Of a stretch of DNA of 8,078 nt, positions 1 to 7,448 are shown one piece after another. A model generated the notes under the pieces. The model ran no database searches. It was not told the DNA's origin and worked only from the letters and a program-made list of their open reading frames with translations. How positions within the stretch are numbered: position 1 is the stretch's first letter; every line of letters begins with the position of its first letter. The position numbers were made by a program, and so were the translations under genes. The DNA lies in the sequence record OY723380.1; one strand, written 5' to 3'.

Positions 1-442
1 TACAGCATATACGTACAAGGGGAACCATAAGGATCCGCCCTTGCAGGTATTTGGGTACTATGTGGTATGTAGAGGGTATCCAGTAGACACCAGATATCAT
101 GATATTGCATGCATTTGATGACATGAAAACACATGATTTGATGTACTCAGATTACATGATTATGGTGATATCCAGTACATCACCAGATCCCTTAGACACC
201 ATGGGGATCACTACATATGCTATAAGGAGTACACATGCTCTGCATGGTACCTATATCATAGGGTAGGGGATATGCCCACGATACCTATGGAGACCACATC
301 CTCTAGATACATGGTATGTGCACAGAGGATGGTGCCATGGTATGAGGACCCCAAATGGGTCGAAATACATGTTTTAGGGGTCCCAAAACATGTGTTGCGA
401 GTAGGTATCGGCACGGGATTAGCACATCTAGGGCATTATGGA

Positions 443-506
443 ACCTGAGGAGATCACCTCCACAGGGAATGTCCCTCCGTGCATCCTGGGCTACCGAGAG
501 GCCTAC
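443..506. other. Invariant 64-bp core element, copy A of unit 1 (function unknown)
   Basis: ACCTGAGGAGATCACCTCCACAGGGAATGTCCCTCCGTGCATCCTGGGCTACCGAGAGGCCTAC is identical at 994-1057, 5081-5144 and 5634-5697, while the flanks of the A and B copies differ. Confidence 0.95.
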
Positions 507-993
507 ATGCAGTACCCCATATCCTCTAAGAGACCATTATGGAGGGTATTGGACAGGGCCCGAAACCCCCAAAATGAGTGATTTGGGGTGCTCAAAACCA
601 TCGATTTTGGTGGTTTTGGCATGCAAAAAGGGTCGAAAACACCTCTTTTAGCCCCTTTTGCACATGGGAACACCACCCCATATACTAAGGGGGATCCTTC
701 GAGGGATACAGAACCCCCGAAACCCCTTAAAGATGGTGTGTGAGTACTCATGCATGTACCCTTTTAGCACCCTTTCTGACCCCCTTTCAGACCCCCTAAA
801 TGGTGCCATTCCTCGAAGGATGGCCCTTAAGGGGTGCCGGGAAGGGTACCTAAAGAGGTCCCAAAAGTGACCATTTTAGGGGGTCCCAAAACGTGTTGCA
901 AAGGGGTACCCCTTTGGTCACCAAAAGTGATGATTTTGGGGACACCAAATGGGTCGGAATGGGTACCTAATGACAGGATATGGCATACGGGAT

Positions 994-1057
994 ACCTGAG
1001 GAGATCACCTCCACAGGGAATGTCCCTCCGTGCATCCTGGGCTACCGAGAGGCCTAC
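994..1057. other. Invariant 64-bp core element, copy B of unit 1
   Basis: Exact 64/64 match to 443-506. Identity stops at 993 upstream and 1058 downstream. Confidence 0.95.
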
Positions 1058-1125
1058 GGGGAGTATCCCCATATCCTCTGAGAGCCATTATGACCATTAC
1101 GAGCATCCCGGAGAGCATATCTGAG

Positions 1126-1236
1126 GACCTGAAATCCATGGTTTTGGGGTCTAAAATGATGATTTTAGAGGTCTCAAAATGATGGATTTGGGGTCTGGAA
1201 TCATGAGATCCGGGGGTCTGGGGATGCCATGGGTAT
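1126..1236. repeat. About 5 units of a 22-bp A/T-cluster sub-repeat (GGTCT-AAAA-TGATGA-TTTT-type)
   Basis: GGTCT starts at 1148, 1170, 1192 and 1214, an exact 22-bp spacing. Units 1148-1169 and 1170-1191 are close copies. Later units have degenerated. Confidence 0.85.
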
Positions 1237-1492
1237 GGGATCCAGGGATGCAGGGATCCGGAGACCATGAGGGCATGCAGACCATATGCACTACATACCA
1301 TGGGGTGTGTAGTAGGGATACAGACCACTATGGATACCATCACCATTAGATACATACTATGAGACCATATGCTGTGGGTATCGGATTAGGGGTCTGGGGA
1401 TGTGCAGATCTGGAGACCATGAGCGGATCCGGAGACCATCAGATCATGAGATATGGGGTCCGGGGATGCTCGCGATGTATCTGAGGACCTGT

Positions 1493-1528
1493 GCAGATAG
1501 GTATGCAGATAGGTATGCAGATAGGTAT
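1493..1528. repeat. 12-bp minisatellite (GCAGATAGGTAT)x3
   Basis: Three perfect consecutive copies at 1493-1504, 1505-1516 and 1517-1528. They appear as YLHTYLHTYLH in the minus-strand ORF 1386..1691. Confidence 0.95.
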
Positions 1529-1931
1529 AGGCATTAGGTACTAAGGACTCGCAGAGAGGTACTGAGGACATGCACAGAGGACATGGCACAGAGGATACGG
1601 GCATACAGACCATGCAGATAGGTACTAAGGACTCGCAGACCATAGGTATTAGGTATCTGAGGACACGGATGCCATGATCTGAGGACCCCAAGACCTCCAG
1701 AAATGGGGTATCTGAGGTATCCCGAGACCTCCCAAAATGGGTGTTTTGGACCCTAAATCACTCGTTTTGGGACCCTTTCTGGGTGCTCCCAGACCCCTCC
1801 CCAATGCCATCCCTAAGGTGCTCCTAAGGGATTCGGGCCCGTACCCCTCAGATAGGGTATCCCAGAGGGTGTCGGATTGGGGGTCTGGAGGTCCTCGGAA
1901 CCCCTAAATTGTGTGCCCTTAGTGTATAGTA

Positions 1932-1950
1932 ACACACGCGCGCGCGCGCG
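1932..1950. repeat. Alternating purine-pyrimidine microsatellite (AC)3 running into (CG)7
   Basis: ACACACGCGCGCGCGCGCG read directly from the sequence. The seven CpG lie at 1937-1950. Confidence 0.95.
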
Positions 1951-2816
1951 AAGGGCGGATCCGAGTCAGGCAGAAAACGAATGCATCATTTTGGACCCTT
2001 TTGGGCATATTGGGGGTCCTAATGTGCACATTTGCGACCCCAAAAGGCCCAAAAGTGCCTAAAATGGGTCATTTTATGCCCTTTTCGGATGCACACAATG
2101 GGAATGCCATCGCCGGAGACCATATTCCTTACAGTGACCTTAGGAATATGAGTACGCGAAATCGGGGCAATTATGCCATTTACGGGTACCCCCTAAAATG
2201 AGCACTTTTGGACCCCCTTTTGGCACCCCTTGGATCCCTCAGTGTACTGGTGGCATGTGCATATCCCCTGATGCCTCTTTATCGAGGGAATGGGGATACC
2301 TGCATACCATACAGTATATGTGTTACTAGTGGGTATCGGCACACCTCCCAAAACATGTCATTTCGTGACATGATCTAGTCGAGATGAGCGAATCCACTAC
2401 TATTACATATCATGGTGTAATGAGCTATACAGAGTACTATAGGTATTGGGGGTATCCCTAATGGCAGCATATGCCCCATTAGAGGTATGCACCATATCCC
2501 CTAGTATCCCTTACAGCACATACCATGAACAGGTACTCATTAGTAGTACAGAATGTGTATGTCATGACACCAAAACACATGTTTCGAGACATCTAAACAC
2601 ATGGTTTGCACGTATGATCATATACAGTATCTAGTGATATACAGGATACTAGTAGTATGCACGGAGGGTATGAGGGGGTACGGGATACCCCTACATCATA
2701 GCCTAACAGCATACACTACGAGTACTATGTATACCATGGATACTACATGTATACTACTACGGGTAGGTACTCATGAGCAGTATCATCATGTAAACGCATG
2801 CATTTGATGACATGAA

Positions 2817-2962
2817 ATGAGTAGGTATACACATCTAATACCAGTAGTACTACACCATACACACCATTAGTACCATGTATCCTATGGTATACAGTACATG
2901 GGGAGTACGGGTACCATACCACCATTGCAGAGGTGTATGGAGTACTATGAGTATCTAGAGAG
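2817..2962. repeat. Divergent partial 229-bp-family monomer following unit copy 1
   Basis: ATGAGTAGGTATACACATCTAATACCAGTAGTAC...GCAGAGGTGTATGGAGTACTATG aligns by eye to 7464-7615 with scattered substitutions and small indels, roughly 85-90% identity. Confidence 0.8.
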
Positions 2963-3690
2963 TACTAGTAGTATCATGTATTGATACATCTAATGGCATG
3001 AAACACATGGTTTGATGTATCTAATGATGTACTTAATGGATAGGTACACACATCGTATTAGTGCATAGTATCTCTACATGGTCTATACACTGCCATACAG
3101 GGAGTGAGGGACCAGGAGGGAGACTATGCACTAGTAGACGATAACGTGACCTTTAACATTACCCTAGTAGTGCACATGCTCTAGTAGTAGAGAGTAGACG
3201 CACACACTATAGATATACTAGTAATGGATAGCTCCATAGACACTACAGATGCTGTGTGCATTGTGCAGCTACTAGCTAGTAGGTATGCAGGTATGGATAG
3301 ACCTACAGAGCATGTGGAGCCATCATGTACTAGTACTAATGGTAGTGCTCATCATACTAGTAGTGCACTGTCCTTCATACATACAACATCTCTAGTAGTG
3401 AGTACATCTACAGAGAGTAGGTATAGTACTGTGTATGCCATTGCAGACACTGTAACAGATACCATACACTATATGTATACAATGGTGGTATGGAATACAT
3501 GTATACAATGGTGGTATGGAATGATGTAGTAGTATGAGTAGTACTATGAACAGATACACTACTATCTGCATGCACAGAATAGGTCATCCTCAGGGATAGC
3601 ACCTTAACCCTGTACCATACCATACAGTGGTACTATGGTGGTATGGCATGCATGTACTAGTAGTATGTAGTAGTATGTACTCATCATACC
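2963..3690. repeat. CTAGTAG-rich low-complexity domain
   Basis: The heptamer CTAGTAG starts at 2965, 3131, 3164, 3181, 3276, 3357, 3392 and 3657. There are also many GTAGTA/TAGTAC variants. This domain occurs only once in the window. Confidence 0.75.
3473..3524. repeat. 26-bp tandem duplication
   Basis: ATGTATACAATGGTGGTATGGAAT occurs at 3473-3496 and again at 3499-3522, one directly after the other. Confidence 0.9.
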
Positions 3691-3729
3691 ATCAGATCAT
3701 GAGATCATGGCATCAAATCATGACATCAA

Positions 3730-3978
3730 ACACATGATTTCATGTACTCAATTACATGATTATGGTGGTATCCAGGACATCACCAGATCCCTTAGAGATC
3801 ATGGGGATCACTACATATGCTATAAGGAGCACACATGCTCTGCATGGTACCTATATCATAGGGTAGGGGTATCCCTCATGATACCTATGGAGACCATATC
3901 CTCTAGATACATGGTATGTGCACAGAGGATGGTGACATGGTATGAGGTCCCCAAAAGGGTCCAAATACATGATTTGGG
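3730..3978. repeat. Diverged paralogue of the unit head (130-378 and 4768-5016)
   Basis: Collinear alignment at offset 3600-3601. I count about 22 differences in about 248 bp (about 90% identity), concentrated at 3869-3880. Confidence 0.9.
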
Positions 3979-4170
3979 GTGTCTAAAATGACCACTTTTG
4001 GCACCTTTCTGGAGGTCCCAAAACGGGTGATTCAATCCCCCAAAAGGGGTCCGCAAATCAAGCCCAGAAATGGTCATAAAAAGGGCTCGTGGGGGTACCC
4101 CCATGAGCACTTTTAGGACCCTAAAATGGGTGTTTTGGACCCCTAAAATGGTGTATTTAGACCCTTTCGG
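3948..4170. repeat. A/T-cluster sub-repeat domain of the central segment
   Basis: CYAAAA-N6-7-TTTTRG-type motifs lie at 3961-3977, 3983-4001, 4121-4138 and 4143-4160, with GGTCC/GGACC-type spacers. This is the same style as 349-2225 of the large unit. Confidence 0.7.
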
Positions 4171-4211
4171 AGGGGTACAGGCAACGAGTACTACTAGATA
4201 CATACCAGCAG

Positions 4212-4778
4212 ACCATGTATCCTATGGTATATAGGACATGGGGGCTACGGGTACCATTACACCATTACGGGAGTATATGGAGTACTATGGGTATCTAGAG
4301 GAGTCCCTGTAACACCAGATATCATGGTATTGGCATGCATTTGATGACATGAAAACACATGATTTGATGACATGAAATGAGTAGGTATACACATCTAATA
4401 CCACTAGTACAACAGCATACACACCATTAGTACCATGTATCCTATGGTATACAGTACATGGGGAGTATAGGTACCATTACACCATGCAGAGGTGTATGGA
4501 GTACTATATGGTATATAGGGAGTATCCAGTAGTCACCAGATATCATGTAATGGCATGCATTTGATGACATGAAACACATGATCTGATGATATGAAGTACT
4601 CGATATGTACTCATTATGGTACCCACTAACACTAGTACTACAGCATATCCGTACAAGGGGAATCATAAGGATCCGCCCTTGCAGGTATTTGGGTACTATG
4701 TGGTATGTAGAGGGTATCCAGTAGACACCAGATATCATGATATTGCATGCATTTGATGACATGAAAACACATGATTTG
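4212..4778. repeat. About 2.5 divergent monomers of the 229-bp satellite family, immediately upstream of and running into unit copy 2
   Basis: 4377-4547 is identical to 7464-7634 of the terminal array. 4212-4376 and 4596-4778 are recognisably the same monomer with substitutions and indels. All share the GCATGCATTTGATGACATGAAAACACATGATTTGATG tail. Confidence 0.85.
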
Positions 4779-5080
4779 ATGTACTCAGATTACATGATTA
4801 TGGTGATATCCAGTACATCACCAGATCCCTTAGACACCATGGGGATCACTACATATGCTATAAGGAGTACACATGCTCTGCATGGTACCTATATCATAGG
4901 GTAGGGGATATGCCCACGATACCTATGGAGACCACATCCTCTAGATACATGGTATGTGCACAGAGGATGGTGCCATGGTATGAGGACCCCAAATGGGTCG
5001 AAATACATGTTTTAGGGGTCCCAAAACATGTGTTGCGAGTAGGTATCGGCACGGGATTAGCACATCTAGGGCATTATGGA

Positions 5081-5144
5081 ACCTGAGGAGATCACCTCCA
5101 CAGGGAATGTCCCTCCGTGCATCCTGGGCTACCGAGAGGCCTAC
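5081..5144. other. Invariant 64-bp core element, copy A of unit 2
   Basis: Exact match to 443-506, within large repeat copy 2. Confidence 0.95.
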
Positions 5145-5633
5145 ATGCAGTACCCCCATATCCTCTAAGAGACCATTATGGAGGGTATTGGACAGGGCCC
5201 GAAACCCCCAAAATGAGTGATTTGGGGGTGCTCAAAACCATCGATTTTGGTGGTTTTGGCATGCAAAAGGGGTCGAAAACACCTCTTTTAGCCCCTTTTG
5301 CACATGGGAACACCACCCCATATACTAAGGGGGATCCTTCGAGGGATACAGAACCCCCGAAACCCCTTAAAGATGGTGTGTGAGTACTCATGCATGTACC
5401 CTTTTAGCACCCTTTCTGACCCCCTTTCAGACCCCCTAAATGGTGCCATTCCTCGAAGGATGGCCCTTAAGGGGTGCCGGGAAGGGTACCTAAAGAGGTC
5501 CCAAAAGTGACCATTTTAGGGGGTCCCAAAACGTGTTGCAAAGGGGTACCCCTTTGGTCACCAAAAGTGATGATTTTGGGGACACCAAATGGGTCGGAAT
5601 GGGTACCTAATGACAGGATATGGCATACGGGAT

Positions 5634-5697
5634 ACCTGAGGAGATCACCTCCACAGGGAATGTCCCTCCGTGCATCCTGGGCTACCGAGAGGCCTAC
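5634..5697. other. Invariant 64-bp core element, copy B of unit 2
   Basis: Exact match to 994-1057, within large repeat copy 2. Confidence 0.95.
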
Positions 5698-5765
5698 GGG
5701 GAGTATCCCCATATCCTCTGAGAGCCATTATGACCATTACGAGCATCCCGGAGAGCATATCTGAG

Positions 5766-5876
5766 GACCTGAAATCCATGGTTTTGGGGTCTAAAATGAT
5801 GATTTTAGAGGTCTCAAAATGATGGATTTGGGGTCTGGAATCATGAGATCCGGGGGTCTGGGGATGCCATGGGTAT
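5766..5876. repeat. The same 22-bp A/T-cluster sub-repeat array in unit copy 2
   Basis: Identical to 1126-1236 at offset 4640. Confidence 0.85.
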
Positions 5877-6132
5877 GGGATCCAGGGATGCAGGGATCCG
5901 GAGACCATGAGGGCATGCAGACCATATGCACTACATACCATGGGGTGTGTAGTAGGGATACAGACCACTATGGATACCATCACCATTAGATACATACTAT
6001 GAGACCATATGCTGTGGGTATCGGATTAGGGGTCTGGGGATGTGCAGATCTGGAGACCATGAGCGGATCCGGAGACCATCAGATCATGAGATATGGGGTC
6101 CGGGGATGCTCGCGATGTATCTGAGGACCTGT

Positions 6133-6168
6133 GCAGATAGGTATGCAGATAGGTATGCAGATAGGTAT
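6133..6168. repeat. 12-bp minisatellite (GCAGATAGGTAT)x3, unit copy 2
   Basis: Identical to 1493-1528 at offset 4640. Confidence 0.95.
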
Positions 6169-6571
6169 AGGCATTAGGTACTAAGGACTCGCAGAGAGGT
6201 ACTGAGGACATGCACAGAGGACATGGCACAGAGGATACGGGCATACAGACCATGCAGATAGGTACTAAGGACTCGCAGACCATAGGTATTAGGTATCTGA
6301 GGACACGGATGCCATGATCTGAGGACCCCAAGACCTCCAGAAATGGGGTATCTGAGGTATCCCGAGACCTCCCAAAATGGGTGTTTTGGACCCTAAATCA
6401 CTCGTTTTGGGACCCTTTCTGGGTGCTCCCAGACCCCTCCCCAATGCCATCCCTAAGGTGCTCCTAAGGGATTCGGGCCCGTACCCCTCAGATAGGGTAT
6501 CCCAGAGGGTGTCGGATTGGGGGTCTGGAGGTCCTCGGAACCCCTAAATTGTGTGCCCTTAGTGTATAGTA

Positions 6572-6590
6572 ACACACGCGCGCGCGCGCG
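6572..6590. repeat. Alternating purine-pyrimidine microsatellite (AC)3 running into (CG)7, unit copy 2
   Basis: Identical to 1932-1950 at offset 4640. The repeat number is the same in both copies. Confidence 0.95.
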
Positions 6591-7448
6591 AAGGGCGGAT
6601 CCGAGTCAGACAGAAAACGAATGCATCATTTTGGACCCTTTTGGGCATATTGGGGGTCCTAATGTGCACATTTGCGACCCCAAAAGGCCCAAAAGTGCCT
6701 AAAATGGGTCATTTTATGCCCTTTTCGGATGCACACAATGGGAATGCCATCGCCGGAGACCATATTCCTTACAGTGACCTTAGGAATATGAGTACGCGAA
6801 ATCGGGGCAATTATGCCATTTACGGGTACCCCTAAAATGAGCACTTTTGGACCCCCTTTTGGCACCCCTTGGATCCCTCAGTGTACTGGTGGCATGTGCA
6901 TATCCCCTGATGCCTCTTTATCGAGGGAATGGGGATACCTGCATACCATACAGTATATGTGTTACTAGTGGGTATCGGCACACCTCCCAAAACATGTCAT
7001 TTCGTGACATGATCTAGTCGAGATGAGCGAATCCACTACTATTACATATCATGGTGTAATGAGCTATACAGAGTACTATAGGTATTGGGGGTATCCCTAA
7101 TGGCAGCATATGCCCCATTAGAGGTATGCACCATATCCCCTAGTATCCCTTACAGCACATACCATGAACAGGTACTCATTAGTAGTACAGAATGTGTATG
7201 TCATGACACCAAAACACATGTTTCGAGACATCTAAACACATGGTTTGCACGTATGATCATATACAGTATCTAGTGATATACAGGATACTAGTAGTATGCA
7301 CGGAGGGTATGAGGGGTACGGGATACCCCTACATCATAGCCTAACAGCATACACTACGAGTACTATGTATACCATGGATACCACATGTATACTATTACGG
7401 GTAGGTACTCATGAGCAGTATCATCATGTAAACGCATGCATTTGATGA

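Larger units (their letters stand above)
1..2816. repeat. Large composite direct repeat, copy 1 (left end cut by the window edge)
   Basis: Line-by-line comparison with 4639-7454 at offset 4638-4640. I count 6 substitutions (11, 25, 629, 1970, 2744, 2757) and 4 one-base homopolymer length differences (C-run 515-518, G-run 585-588, C-run 2189-2193, G-run 2674-2678). ORF-track peptides are duplicated accordingly (355/4993, 658/5298, 834/5474, 1877/6517, 2446/7085). Confidence 0.97.

Noticed and set aside
464-476. The dyad AGGGAATGTCCCT in the 64-bp core, read as a kappaB-like (GGGACATTCC on the minus strand) or TEAD-like (GGAATG) transcription-factor site
   Set aside because: 10-bp consensus matches arise easily by chance, and the host taxon is unknown. 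I noted it only as a property of the core and do not call it a regulatory site.
446-506. A hammerhead-ribozyme-like CUGANGA box (CTGAGGA) at the start of the 64-bp core and at 1121, 1481, 1562, 1657 and 1679. Satellite-borne hammerheads are known in some animals.
   Set aside because: None of the occurrences has the required helix II stem followed by a GAAA box and a helix III / cleavage-site arrangement. After 446-452 a GATCAC/GTGcATC stem is possible, but it is followed by CTGGG and not GAAA. At 1679 the spacer before GAAA cannot pair.
443-506. The 64-bp core, or its neighbourhood (GATTAGCA at 417-424), as a fragment of 5S rRNA, U6 or another snRNA, or a tRNA-derived SINE
   Set aside because: I could find only similarities of a few bases to the sequences I remember. 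No pol III A/B boxes are present and no tRNA cloverleaf can be drawn. A covariance-model search is needed before any such call.
2354-2372. The hairpin CATGTCA-tttcg-TGACATG as a terminator or regulatory stem-loop
   Set aside because: It is a 7-bp stem with no following T-tract and no adjacent gene. The sequence is generally rich in CATG-based dyads, so such a hairpin is expected by composition.
794-4147. Telomere-like CCCTAAA heptamers (794-800, 1751-1757, 2191-2197, 4141-4147)
   Set aside because: They are isolated single heptamers that form part of the CYAAAA arm of the A/T-cluster motif. None is tandemly repeated.
355-7273. The ORFs of the six-frame track (61-116 aa) as protein-coding genes
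   Set aside because: All are short and overlap each other on opposite strands. They lie wholly in repeated DNA and encode low-complexity peptides in which I recognise no domain. Identical ORF pairs merely reflect the 2.8-kb DNA duplication. No gene-like spacing or start context is visible.
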